Positions 8,687 to 17,838 are shown, counted from the first letter of the stretch. The stretch: 32,000 nt of DNA from Caldimicrobium thiodismutans (GCF_001548275.1 NZ_AP014945.1:1650001-1682000), one strand, 5' to 3'. Numbers and translations: made by a program. Notes: generated from the letters alone by a model not told the origin.

Positions 8687-9015
8687 ACAACACCTCCTTT
8701 TAAGTTTTTTTCCTTTCTTTTATAGAAAAAATTTTAATTTATCTAATCAGCAAGTCAAGGGTAAAAATTGCCTCACTAAAATTTATTTGAAATTTTATCG
8801 TTGCCTCATATAAAAAATCTCCTAAATTAATTCAGGAGGGGGAAGGGTGCAAAATCTAAACTTAAACGCAAAAGAAAACCTATCTATGATGAAAAGGTTA
8901 AGAAAGAGTGGCAAAAAGAGTAGGCAAAGAAGCTTTACAGAGAGATAAGGAGAAATCAGAGAAGACTTGAAAGAGCACTTTTAAAGAAAAAGGGAATTAT
9001 TCCCAGGATATAAAA

Positions 9016-10406
9016 GGTAGTATTATAAATTTTGTGTATAGATTGGGGAGGATTAAAGTTAAGTCAGTAACCTGGGTTGAATTTAAAAAAATTTGGTAAA
9101 ATGCCCTCCTAGCCTCTACCTAAAAACTAACCAGGAGGGCGAAAATGAAGGATCCGCTCTATGAGAACCTCAAAATTATTATACAACATCCTGAGAAAAA
9201 GAAAATACTTGAAAACCTCTTATTTAAGGAAATTAAAAATATGACTAAAAACCTTCTTGAAACCTTGATTTTGGAAGAAAGAAGAATTTTTTGTGAAGAA
9301 ATGGATGATGTGGGGAATGGATATTTCTTAAGGAGTTTAAAAACACCTTTTGGAGAGATAAAAAATCTTAGGGTGGCAAGAACAAGGAAGAAAAATTTTA
9401 AAACCGCTATTTTTGAGCCTTATTCAAGGGAATTCTTATATTTAGATGAGCTGATTTATTACATGTATGCTGGTGGGTGTTCTACGAGAGATGTTGCTAA
9501 CACCTTAGAAAAAATTTACGGGGTTAAATATTCTCCCACTTCTATATCTCGTATTACATCAGTTGTGACTAAAAAGATAGAGGAATTTAAAAATGCCCCT
9601 ATAACAAAGTGGTATCCTGTGTTATATGTTGATGGGACTTATTTAAAAGTCAGGCGTGGAGGTGTGACAGAGAATGAAGTAGTTTATTTTGTTGCTGGAT
9701 TAAGTGAGGATGGACATAAGGAGATTTTAGGATATTGGATACCTGGAGGAAGTGGAGAGAGTGCACTTAATTGGAAAGAGATATTTAAAGAACTTTATAA
9801 AAGAGGACTAAAGGAACCTCTTTTAGTGGTAGGAGATAACCTTCCTGGGCTTGAAGAAGCTGTAAAACTTATCTATCCTCTTGCAGATTTTCAGAGCTGT
9901 GTGTTGCATAAGGTTCGGAATACTTTGAATAGAGTAAGGAAACGAGAAAGACCCTGCAGTTGCAGAAGATTTGAAGGAGATATATGAAAGGCACGATGAG
10001 AGAGAGTGGAAGCTTGGATTTGAGAGATTTAAGAGGAAATGGGAAAGAATTTATCCTGATATAATAAGGTCATGGGAGAGGGATTTGGACAAACTTATGG
10101 TTTATTTGAAGTATCCTTATCCTTTGAGGAGATTTATATATACCACGAATGCCCTTGAGAGATTTATTAAGGAAGTGAAGAGGAGAGTAAAGGTTATAGA
10201 AGTATTTCCGAGTGAGGGTTCAGTTGATAAGATTGTTTATTTAGTAGTTGAGGAGATGAATGAGAAGTATAGGAGTAGGAGACTAAAAAATTTTGAGAGG
10301 ATAATAGAGGAGCTAAGGGGGGAAAGGAGGGCAAGATATGGGAGTGGAGAGATTAAAATTATTACAAATGAAAAAGAATTTTATACACAAAAAAGTTGAC
10401 ACTATG
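9016..10406 (+). mobile_element. IS256-family insertion sequence (~1.39 kb)
   Basis: Encodes a Mutator/IS256-type transposase. Imperfect terminal inverted repeats: GGTAGTATTATAAATTTTGTGTATAGA (left) against the reverse complement of the right end, CATAGTGTCAACTTTTTTGTGTATAAA (about 17/25). The flanks ATATAAAA and GAATAAAA share ATAAAA, a possible decayed 8-bp target duplication. Confidence 0.6.
9145..10399 (+). pseudogene. IS256-family transposase split by a +1 frameshift near 9940-9960
   Basis: ORF 9145-9987 carries YVDGTYLKVRRGG, GLSEDGHKEILGYW and FQSCVLHKVRN. ORF 9971-10399 (+1 frame, open from 9938) carries IYTTNALERFIKEVKRR. The expected continuous sequence ...RKRE|KDPAVAEDLKEIY... requires a 1-nt correction. 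Confidence 0.8.
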
Positions 10407-10575
10407 GAATAAAATTGACAATAGATAATGGGGAAGTTAAAATGATTTTAATTAGAAAATTAAATTTCGCAACGAAACCTATTTCAAATAGATTTTTAAA
10501 TGAGGCATTATGGGTAAAAATTAAAATTTAATACCCTGGTATTAAAACTATTTAATACTAAAGCCCTGTAACTTC

Positions 10576-11565
10576 TTAGAAGAGATTAAGCATTAAAGTA
10601 TAAAAAGTTAGTTCTGGATTTACATAAAAGTCAAGGGCAACCTTGGCTTTATACAAAATCCTCAGTGCTTCAGCAGGGTCTCCCTTAAAGGTTTCCTCAG
10701 GGAAGGCAGAGGGATAGGATATATCAACCTTTGCTTTCAAATAGGATCTCCAGACCCAAAGAGTAAGAAGATAAAGAAAAAGCTCCTGGGAATCTTTATC
10801 TAAACGGGAAAGCCTTTCTGCTATTTTAAAGCATCTTTCAATATTTTTACTCTCCCCTGCCTTAACAAAGGCGTTTAATTCCTCAAGAAGCCCCTTTTCA
10901 GCCATTTCAAGAGCCCTACCAAGGCTTCCTGAAGAAAGCTCCGCCAAGGTCTCTGCCATAGATTCATCTAAATCTCTCCTGAATAGATATTCTTTGATTG
11001 TTTCTCTGGCTAAAGGATGAAATCTTACCACCTGAGAACGGGAGATAATAGTGGGAAGAAGTTTAAGGAGATTTTCGGTTAGAAGTATGAAAATCACATA
11101 ACCTGGAGGTTCTTCCAAGGATTTTAAGAGGGCATTTCCAGCCTCAAGATTCATTTTCTCTGCCCTTTCTATAAGAATCACTTTATAGGGTGCTTCAAGA
11201 GGTCTCAGACGGATAAAGCGCTCAATAGACCGGATGGTATCAATACGAATGTCCCGTTTTTCCGGGGAAATCAACATCACATCAGGATGAAGCCTTTTTT
11301 TTAGCTTTTTGCAGGCCATACACTCTCCACAGGGCTTCTCAAAATTTGTTGCACAAAAGAGATGATAGATAAAGGCATAGGCCATAGTTTTTTTCCCCAC
11401 TCCCTTTGGCCCAACAAAGAGATAACTATGAGCAAGCCTTCCCCTCTTTAGAGCGGATTCCAGAAGACTCCTGGCTGATTTTTGACCAAACACTTCAGAA
11501 AAACTCAGTATGGAAGATGAGTCTGTCTCAGGCTTTGGAGGGATTAAAAATTCTTTTTCCTGCAC
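10576..11565 (-). CDS. holB: DNA polymerase III subunit delta'
   Basis: 329 aa. HSYLFVGPKGVGKKT Walker-A-like motif, a CGECMACKK zinc module and an SRSQ (SRC-like) motif. Confidence 0.85.
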   Translation of the reverse strand: MQEKEFLIPPKPETDSSSILSFSEVFGQKSARSLLESALKRGRLAHSYLFVGPKGVGKKTMAYAFIYHLFCATNFEKPCGECMACKKLKKRLHPDVMLISPEKRDIRIDTIRSIERFIRLRPLEAPYKVILIERAEKMNLEAGNALLKSLEEPPGYVIFILLTENLLKLLPTIISRSQVVRFHPLARETIKEYLFRRDLDESMAETLAELSSGSLGRALEMAEKGLLEELNAFVKAGESKNIERCFKIAERLSRLDKDSQELFLYLLTLWVWRSYLKAKVDISYPSAFPEETFKGDPAEALRILYKAKVALDFYVNPELTFYTLMLNLF

Positions 11566-11608
11566 AGTTTCAGAAGGTTAATATAACTTCTGTTGATTGC
11601 AAGGGTAA

Positions 11609-12886
11609 TCAGGATAGGACTTCAATTTTTGCTCCAAGGGATGCCAATCTTTCAGGAAGAGCCTCATAGCCCCTTTCAACAAGCTCAACCTCATAGAGGG
11701 TAGTTGTGTTTTCAGCCATAAGGCCAGCCAAAATCAGGGCAGCCCCGGCTCTGAGATCTGTAGCTTTAACAGGAGAGCCAGTAAGTGGAGTTGGCCCTGA
11801 AATTAAGGCTACTCTATCCTCTACCTTGATATTAGCTCCCAGACGGTTGAGTTCCAGAGCATAGAGAAATCTGTTTTCAAAGAGATTCTCCCTTATAAGG
11901 GAGAGCCCTTCAGCCTGAGTGAGAAGCACTGCAAAGATGGGTTGAAGGTCCGTTGGAAAACCAGGATAGGGAGCTGTAACAACCTCAAGGGGTCTAAATT
12001 TCTGAGGTCGGTTAGCCCGAAAGATTCCCTTTCCAAGCCTTTCAACCTTTACTCCCATCTCCTGAAGTTTTAAAAGAGGCGTCTCCAAATATTCCTCAGG
12101 GAGATTTTTAACTATCACCTTATTTTCGGGAAGGAGCGCTGATAGAACAAGAAAAGTGCCAGCTTCAATACGATCGGGAATTATTTCTATTTTTACAGGT
12201 TTTAGACTCCTTTTACCTTTGATATAAATGGTATCTTCTCCTGCTCCTTTAATATTTGCACCCATGCGAGAAAGCATCTCCGCAAGAAAGACCACTTCTG
12301 GCTCTCGGGCTGCATTTTTGATAATAGTTTCTCCTTCAGCTAAGCTTGCTGCCATGAGAAGATTTTCCGTTGCTGTAACCGAGGGGAAATCAAGAATGAT
12401 TTCAGCTCCCTTGAGTTTGCGCGCCTTTGTGACAATGTTTCCGTGATCAAGGTAAATCTCAGCGGAAAGTTGCATAAGCCCTTTTTCATGGAAATTAACC
12501 GGTCTTTTTCCTATGGCACATCCTCCAGGCAATGGAACTCTGGCTTCCCCGAAGGAGGCAGTTAGTGCTCCAAGAAAGAGGATGGAGGCCCGGATCTCTC
12601 TGGCAAGATCATAGGGAATCTCGGTGTGATTGACAGATTTTGTATCTAAGAAAAGGGTAGAGCCCTCAAAGGAAAATTTTGCTCCAAGATGTTCAAGGAT
12701 CTTGAGCATACAAAAGACATCTCTAACACGGGGGACATTTTTAAGCCTGTATTCTCCTCTGGCAAGGAGAGTTGCTGAAAGGGCTGGTAGCACAGCATTT
12801 TTTGCACCCTTAACCTCAATTTCCCCATTTAAAGGGATTCCTCCTTTAATCAGGTATCTTTTCTGTTTTTCCACATCAGGGCGCAT
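11609..12886 (-). CDS. murA: UDP-N-acetylglucosamine 1-carboxyvinyltransferase
   Basis: 425 aa with full-length MurA similarity (KGAKNAVLPAL, LPGGCAIGKRPVNFH with the catalytic Cys). The start overlaps the prmC 3' end by 37 nt. Confidence 0.95.
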   Translation of the reverse strand: MRPDVEKQKRYLIKGGIPLNGEIEVKGAKNAVLPALSATLLARGEYRLKNVPRVRDVFCMLKILEHLGAKFSFEGSTLFLDTKSVNHTEIPYDLAREIRASILFLGALTASFGEARVPLPGGCAIGKRPVNFHEKGLMQLSAEIYLDHGNIVTKARKLKGAEIILDFPSVTATENLLMAASLAEGETIIKNAAREPEVVFLAEMLSRMGANIKGAGEDTIYIKGKRSLKPVKIEIIPDRIEAGTFLVLSALLPENKVIVKNLPEEYLETPLLKLQEMGVKVERLGKGIFRANRPQKFRPLEVVTAPYPGFPTDLQPIFAVLLTQAEGLSLIRENLFENRFLYALELNRLGANIKVEDRVALISGPTPLTGSPVKATDLRAGAALILAGLMAENTTTLYEVELVERGYEALPERLASLGAKIEVLS

Positions 12887-13695
12887 CTTTCAATATTTAA
12901 AAGGTCTTTGTAAAATTTAAACTCATAATTATATTCTCTGGCAAGGGTAAGTATGGTTGAAGCCTGATTATACCCCATCTCAAAAATTAGAAAACCCCCC
13001 TCCTGAAGATAAAAAGGGGCATTTTCAAGAAGATTTTCATGGAACTCCCTTCCAGAAGGCCCGGCAAGAAGGGCCTCTTTAGGTTCAAAGTCTCTGACCT
13101 CTCTATCAAGGGTCTTCCATTCTTCAAGGGAGATGTAAGGAGGATTTGAAAGAATGGCTTTAAAAAAGGGGGCTTTCTTAAGGGGAGTGAACCAGTTTCC
13201 CCTGATCAAAAAGAGTCTATCATAAACTCTATGGAGATAGGCATTTTTCCTGGTCACCTCTATAGCCTTTTCTGAGATATCCACTGCAAAGGCTATGAGT
13301 TTTGGGCATTCAAGGAGAAGAGTAACGGAGATAACCCCTGAGCCACATCCCAGTTCCAAGATCGGACCCTCCTGAATCCCTGTCTCAAGAAAGGCTGAAA
13401 TGATGGTTTCTGTCTCTGGCCTTGGAATAAGAACACCCTCTTCCACATAAAAAGCCCGGCCATAAAAATAAGCCTCTTTGAGAATATAGGGGAGGGGTTT
13501 GAAAGTAAGCCTTTTTTCAAGGATCTTTTTCAGTTCTTCATCAGGAATCTCCTCTTCCGGATAAAGAAAGACATTAAGAGGCGAGGTTTTAAGGAAGTGA
13601 GCAAGAATTATCAGGGCAGAAGATCTTGCAGAAACTGGATCCTCAACCTCTAAGAGAGCTTCTTGAAGATAAAGAAGGGCCTCTTTAACCTTCAC
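12850..13695 (-). CDS. prmC: peptide chain release factor N5-glutamine methyltransferase
   Basis: 281 aa. SAM motif LELGCGSGVISV and catalytic NPPY (ILSNPPYI). Confidence 0.88.
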   Translation of the reverse strand: MKVKEALLYLQEALLEVEDPVSARSSALIILAHFLKTSPLNVFLYPEEEIPDEELKKILEKRLTFKPLPYILKEAYFYGRAFYVEEGVLIPRPETETIISAFLETGIQEGPILELGCGSGVISVTLLLECPKLIAFAVDISEKAIEVTRKNAYLHRVYDRLFLIRGNWFTPLKKAPFFKAILSNPPYISLEEWKTLDREVRDFEPKEALLAGPSGREFHENLLENAPFYLQEGGFLIFEMGYNQASTILTLAREYNYEFKFYKDLLNIERCALMWKNRKDT

Positions 13696-14347
13696 GCTTG
13701 GGAAGAAGTTTGTTTAGAATGACTTCCTGAGTTTCCTCTTGAGATCTCAGTTTCCTGATACTTGTTTGAATTTCAAAAAATTCCTGAGCCCTGTGAAGAA
13801 AGGGGATAAGAATTCGCTTTCTCTCTGCTGAGTGTGCAAGAAGAACCTCACCTTCAGGCTTAAGCGAGCTTTTAAAGAGGTTTATGAGAGGCTCAAAATG
13901 GGATTTTTTAAAGATGATTTCAGCACCCACTACTAAGTCAAATTTTTTAGATATTTCTGGTGCAAGCCAGTCAAGTTTTTGAATATTAAGAGAGAGACCA
14001 TTTTCCTTAGCGGATTTTTCAAGCAGTTTAAGAGGAAGTTCTTCTTTGTCTGTTGCTAAGACCCTGTGACCAAAGGCTGAGGCAAAGAGACTTATGACAC
14101 CAAGCCCTGCCCCAAGCTCAAGAATTTCCTTTCCAGGAGGAAGACTTCCTAAATAATCCGTTAGCACAATTGAAGCCTCCCAGAGCTTTAACCAGAGCGG
14201 AAATTTTTCCGTTTCTAAAAAGGGATCACCTTGAAAGACTTCCTCAAGTTTAGCAGGACGAAAAAGCCTTAAGGTCTTACCCCTGATAGTAATAAGTTCA
14301 GTTTCAAGTGTTAAATTTTTAATATCCATATTTTTCTTCCCTGCCAT
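13685..14347 (-). CDS. class I SAM-dependent methyltransferase (Methyltransf_16 / protein-lysine MTase-like)
   Basis: 220 aa. LWEASIVLTDYL...EILELGAGLGVISLFASAFGHRVLATD is typical of the METTL21/Nnt1-like family. The true start could be M7 (14329). Confidence 0.7.
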   Translation of the reverse strand: MAGKKNMDIKNLTLETELITIRGKTLRLFRPAKLEEVFQGDPFLETEKFPLWLKLWEASIVLTDYLGSLPPGKEILELGAGLGVISLFASAFGHRVLATDKEELPLKLLEKSAKENGLSLNIQKLDWLAPEISKKFDLVVGAEIIFKKSHFEPLINLFKSSLKPEGEVLLAHSAERKRILIPFLHRAQEFFEIQTSIRKLRSQEETQEVILNKLLPKREG

Positions 14348-14380
14348 AAGATAACAAAATTTTAAAAAAATACCAGTCCC

Positions 14381-14616
14381 TGTATAAGTCCATATCTTTT
14401 GAGACTTAAGAGGATTTTTCTCCTACTTCGGTTGTAGGAAAATGAACCTGTATTTTGTAGAGGCAAACCTATGTGTTTGCCATCTTTTGGAAAATTTATG
14501 TGTTTGTCTGTTATGAGGTCCTTTACATTATTGGGCAGACACACAAGGGCTTCCCCTGCTCTCACATCTTACCTCTTACCACCCTTTCTTTTTTCTTTTA
14601 AGGATGTGAACTTAGG
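14381..14616 (+). repeat. intergenic inverted-repeat element, copy B (long form with internal hairpin module)
   Basis: Left arm TGTATAAGTCCATATCTTTTGAGACTTAAGAGG and right arm CTCTTACCACCCTTTCTTTTTTCTTTTAAGGATGTGAACTTAGG. The ~130-bp insert includes the hairpin GGCAAAC-ctatgt-GTTTGCC (14462-14481). Confidence 0.7.
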
Positions 14617-14631
14617 CGGGGGGGGAAATAT

Positions 14632-15378
14632 TTATAAAATGTATATTAACACAACAAGGAGGGCAAGGAGAATCCGGTAAAGGATAAAGGGATAAAGGCT
14701 GTGTTTTTTAAGAAAGTTAAGGAGAAAGGCTATGGCAAGAAAGCTAAAAAGAGCTGAGGAGAAAAATCCTGTTAGGGCATAGGTTAAGGGAATACTATTG
14801 GTTTTAATAAGTTTTAGGCCCTCATATAAACCTGCTCCAAGAATTAAAGGAGCACCTGCAAGAAAGGAGTATCTTGCAGAATCCTCTCTTTTTAGCCCGA
14901 GAATAAGCCCTGCAGAGATGGTTATTCCACTTCGAGAGGTGCCAGGAAGTAAAGCTAAGGCTTGAAATAAACCAATTCCCAGAGCTTTGGAAAAAGAAAG
15001 GGCCCTTAAAGTGTTTTCCTTTTTTCCAAATCTCTCACCAAGCAAAAGGGGTAAACTCATAAAACTTAAGAAAAAGGCAACCATTAAGGGGCTTCTTAGA
15101 TGGTTTTCAATCAAGTGTTCAAGGGTAAAACCAGCAAGTGCTCCGGGTATAGCCGAGACTATGATATACCACTTAAGGGACCAGATTTCCCGGAGGTCTT
15201 TCCAGAAATAGATAAGTATTGCCAGAAAAGAACCAAGATGGATAAAGGCATCAAAGGCAAGATTTGAGGGGATATGGAAAAATTTTGCTATAAGCACTAA
15301 ATGTCCTGTGCTTGAAATGGGAAGAAACTCGGTAAGCCCCTGAATAAGCCCGAGGATAAGGGGATATAAATAATCCAT
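14632..15378 (-). CDS. uppP: undecaprenyl-diphosphate phosphatase
   Basis: 248 aa polytopic membrane protein. GLIQGLTEFLPISSTGHL and PGTSRSGITI are BacA/UppP signature motifs. Confidence 0.93.
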   Translation of the reverse strand: MDYLYPLILGLIQGLTEFLPISSTGHLVLIAKFFHIPSNLAFDAFIHLGSFLAILIYFWKDLREIWSLKWYIIVSAIPGALAGFTLEHLIENHLRSPLMVAFFLSFMSLPLLLGERFGKKENTLRALSFSKALGIGLFQALALLPGTSRSGITISAGLILGLKREDSARYSFLAGAPLILGAGLYEGLKLIKTNSIPLTYALTGFFSSALFSFLAIAFLLNFLKKHSLYPFILYRILLALLVVLIYIL

Positions 15379-15387
15379 GGAGGCTCC

Positions 15388-16356
15388 TTAGAGATAGCGT
15401 TTTTTTCTGAGGAGAAGGAGAAGGGAAAGACAAAGACCGATAACTATAGCATTAACCACATAAAAGGCATGAGGGCTCTCTTTAAGAGGTTCCAATTGCT
15501 GAAAAGGAAGGGGAATATTCATACCAAATAGGCTATAAATAGTGTTAGGAATGGAAAGAATTATGGCTATACTTGCCAAAAACTTCATAATCACATTGAC
15601 ATTGTTATTAATAATAGAGGCATAGGCATCCATGGTATTGGCAAGAATACTTGTAAAGACCTTGGTCATCTCCACAGCCTGTTTGTTTTCAATCTGAACA
15701 TCTTCAAGGAGTTCAAGTTCTTCCTCTGTCAATCTTAAATATCTTCCACTTTGTAGTTTGGTTAAGACCATATCATTTCCCTGTAGAGAGGTATTGAAAT
15801 AGGTAAGGGTCTTTTCAAGAGTGAGCATGCGCAAAAATTCTTCATTACTTAAGGCTCTAAAAATGGCCTCCTCATATTCCTCAATGGCTTTATCAATTTG
15901 CCGTAAAAATTTTAAATACAGATTGGTGGCCATAAAAAAGAAGTTAAGGAGAAAGGTTACAGGTTTTTCCAGGTCAAAGGTCTTACTTTTGTTGGCAAAG
16001 GCTATAAAGTCTTCAAAAATAGGATGATCAACCAAGCATATAGTGATAATATTTTCTTCTGTTACTATGATACCAATGGGAATGGTCTCATATTTAACAT
16101 AGAGACCTGAGCCAGCTGGAACCGGTATGCGAATAATCATAAGTACTTGCTGTTCTTCTTTTTCAAGACGAGGCCTTTCCTCTTCATCTAAGGGATATCT
16201 CAAAAATTCAGGAAATATTTTAAGCCTTGTTTCCAGATAGTTTAATTCAAGCTCAGTTGGAGTAGTAACACAGATCCAGGTCTCATCTTGAATCTTTTCA
16301 GCAGGAACAAGAAGCCCTCTTTCAGAACGATAAACTCTAATCATAACTACCCACAA
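15388..16356 (-). CDS. corA: CorA-family magnesium/cobalt transporter
   Basis: 322 aa with two C-terminal TM helices flanking the FGMNIPLP (GMN) motif. The track start is TTG at 16356; ATG at 16344 is an alternative. Confidence 0.85.
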   Translation of the reverse strand: MWVVMIRVYRSERGLLVPAEKIQDETWICVTTPTELELNYLETRLKIFPEFLRYPLDEEERPRLEKEEQQVLMIIRIPVPAGSGLYVKYETIPIGIIVTEENIITICLVDHPIFEDFIAFANKSKTFDLEKPVTFLLNFFFMATNLYLKFLRQIDKAIEEYEEAIFRALSNEEFLRMLTLEKTLTYFNTSLQGNDMVLTKLQSGRYLRLTEEELELLEDVQIENKQAVEMTKVFTSILANTMDAYASIINNNVNVIMKFLASIAIILSIPNTIYSLFGMNIPLPFQQLEPLKESPHAFYVVNAIVIGLCLSLLLLLRKKRYL

Positions 16357-16408
16357 ATGGTTAAAGTTTTCCTTATTAAACTTCTCTTTTTGAGTGTGTC
16401 AAGCCCCT

Positions 16409-16625
16409 TGTATGCGTTTATGTCTTTTGAGATATAAATCTGCCCTTACATTCAATCTAAGTCAATCCTTTTTGAATAATATTTATTTTCAGCAGGGGAA
16501 ACCTTATGTGTTTGCCCATTTGTGGCTATAGATTTGCCCTTCCATTGATTCTGCCCATATATTGATGATGAAATGTATGTGGTTTGAGTGGTTTGACCTT
16601 ATTTTTGCATAAGGAGTAACTTTTG
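16409..16625 (+). repeat. intergenic inverted-repeat element, copy E (degenerate; right boundary uncertain)
   Basis: Left arm TGTATGCGTTTATGTCTTTTGAGAT. The internal module GGGGAAACCTTATGTGTTTGCCCATTTGTGG is nearly identical to copy B (GAGGCAAACCTATGTGTTTGCCATCTTTTGG). The right arm is only weakly recognisable (GCATAAGGAGTAACTT). Confidence 0.4.
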
Positions 16626-16752
16626 AATCTATTGATAATTTGAACTAATTAATTGGGGGTAATGCTTTTGTTGTAAAGGTTAAAAATTCTAAACCCCTAC
16701 AAATTTTTACCTAAGCTTATAGAAAACGCAAAAATAAAATTTGATGAAATTA

Positions 16753-17799
16753 TTAGCTTTCAAAGAGTTTAAAGATATCTTCAGAGCTCTTCGCAAGAAT
16801 TATTTTCCTCAGCCACTCCTTAAGAACTCCTCTATCCTCCTCTCTTACCACCCTCTCTCTCACTTCCTCCGGCACATACCCGAGCTTCACCTCTATGGCC
16901 TCAAGCACAAGCTCCCTTGCATTCTGTATTAATCCCTGATATATCCCCTGTTCAATTCCCTGCTCAATCCCTTGCTTAATTCCCTGCTCAATTCCCTGCT
17001 TATAAAACTTCTCTCCCACTTTATCCCAAAAGCTCTTTAACTCCATCTTTACCCCCTCTTCTTCACAACTATCTAATATATTAAACCAGATTACCTCCCC
17101 GTCAACCCTGAACTTTATTTCAGATATCCTAATCAAAAATCCCATCTCCCATCTTCCTTTCTCCCCTATTGCTACTAATCTCTCTGTCGCCCTTGTAATA
17201 ACTTCAATTATCTCTTCAAAATCCAGTGATTCCGCCTTCATTAAATAAAGATAACACCCAAGCCCTGCTAAGATATCAAATATCCTCAATATCTTATCAT
17301 CCTCTACCCTCTTTAAATCAACCACATGAACCTTAAAAAGTTCTCCCTTTAACCCCTCTGGCACTGAAAATATCTCCTCTATCCTTTCAGGATAGCCCCA
17401 GGGCTTATCCCCTTCATAAAACACAAGAGGTAAAACAGGCACATACCCCTTCCCCTCCTTGAGAGACCTCTCATTTAATGCGGTTATGTAATTTAAAATC
17501 TGAAGGTAAATCCTTTTATCAGGTGCACTTTTGTGCTCAATGAGGATATAGAGATGGGCTTTGGTTGAAGGTTTACCTTCACTAAGGAGATTAACCTCTG
17601 CAACAAGATCTGGGATTTCTCGCTTTTTTCTTGAAAGGGAAACCTGTTCTTCAGGGATGATTTTAAGGGAGTCAAGGTCAAGATGAGTTTTAATGTGATC
17701 AGGGAGGAAGGTTGAGAGGAAGGCTTTTAAGTTTTCAGGGTCTTTGAGGAAGGCCTTGGCAAAAAGGTCATAGGGAACAGGAGGTTTCTTTCCTGACAT
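16753..17799 (-). CDS. Rpn-family recombination-promoting nuclease / putative transposase (PDDEXK_Transposase_31, YhgA-like)
   Basis: 348 aa. N-terminal PYDLFAKAFLKDPENLKAFLSTFLP...DLVAEV...YILIEHKS pattern, and a C-terminal QGIEQGIKQGIEQGIEQGIYQG repeat typical of this family. Confidence 0.8.
   Translation of the reverse strand: MSGKKPPVPYDLFAKAFLKDPENLKAFLSTFLPDHIKTHLDLDSLKIIPEEQVSLSRKKREIPDLVAEVNLLSEGKPSTKAHLYILIEHKSAPDKRIYLQILNYITALNERSLKEGKGYVPVLPLVFYEGDKPWGYPERIEEIFSVPEGLKGELFKVHVVDLKRVEDDKILRIFDILAGLGCYLYLMKAESLDFEEIIEVITRATERLVAIGEKGRWEMGFLIRISEIKFRVDGEVIWFNILDSCEEEGVKMELKSFWDKVGEKFYKQGIEQGIKQGIEQGIEQGIYQGLIQNARELVLEAIEVKLGYVPEEVRERVVREEDRGVLKEWLRKIILAKSSEDIFKLFES
16930..17001 (-). 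repeat. about six 12-bp in-frame tandem repeats (QGIE units) inside the Rpn-like gene
   Basis: The + strand reads aattccctgctc / aatcccttgctt / aattccctgctc / aattccctgctt, preceded by two diverged units. Confidence 0.8.
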
Positions 17800-17838
17800 A
17801 GAGGTATTTTGCCAGAATTTAGAGGTATTTCAAGATAG

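Noticed and set aside
8687-8830. Sigma54 (GG-N10-GC) promoter upstream of the major pilin, as in many pilA genes
   Set aside because: I scanned the minus strand and found no TGGCAC-N5-TTGC-like element. Only a TTGACT -35-like hexamer (8753-8758) with a poor -10 is present, too weak to annotate.
8831-9013. K/R-rich reading frame (…GKGAKSKLKRKRKPIYDEKVKKEWQKE*AKKLYREIRRNQRRLERALLKKKGIIPRI*) ending 3 nt before the IS end, plus a 33-aa GTG ORF at 8847-8948 with an AGGAGG SD
   Set aside because: The long frame has no start codon and has an in-frame TAG at 8921, so it is at best a gene remnant disrupted near the IS insertion. The 33-aa ORF has good SD geometry but nothing else to support it. It is worth a tblastn, but I will not call it.
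9036-10436. Direct repeats ATAGATTGGGGAGG (9036-9049) and ATAGATAATGGGGAAG (10421-10436) as alternative IS boundaries
   Set aside because: Taking them as target duplications leaves termini with no inverted-repeat relationship. The 9016/10406 boundaries give 17/25 inverted repeats, in a register consistent with IS256-type ends.
11406-12920. Track ORFs 11406-11669(+), 12228-12446(+), 12630-12920(+) and 12646-12828(-)
   Set aside because: They are shadow frames of holB and murA, with no SD or motifs.
14362-14680. Track ORFs 14362-14565(-) and 14471-14680(+) in the uppP-methyltransferase spacer
   Set aside because: They lie entirely within repeat copy B. The apparent similarity to ORF 23090-23290 (…LPPFLFS.KD.NL…) is just the shared right arm. 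The same frame is closed by a stop in copy C (…YLLPPFFL*), and neither ORF has an SD.
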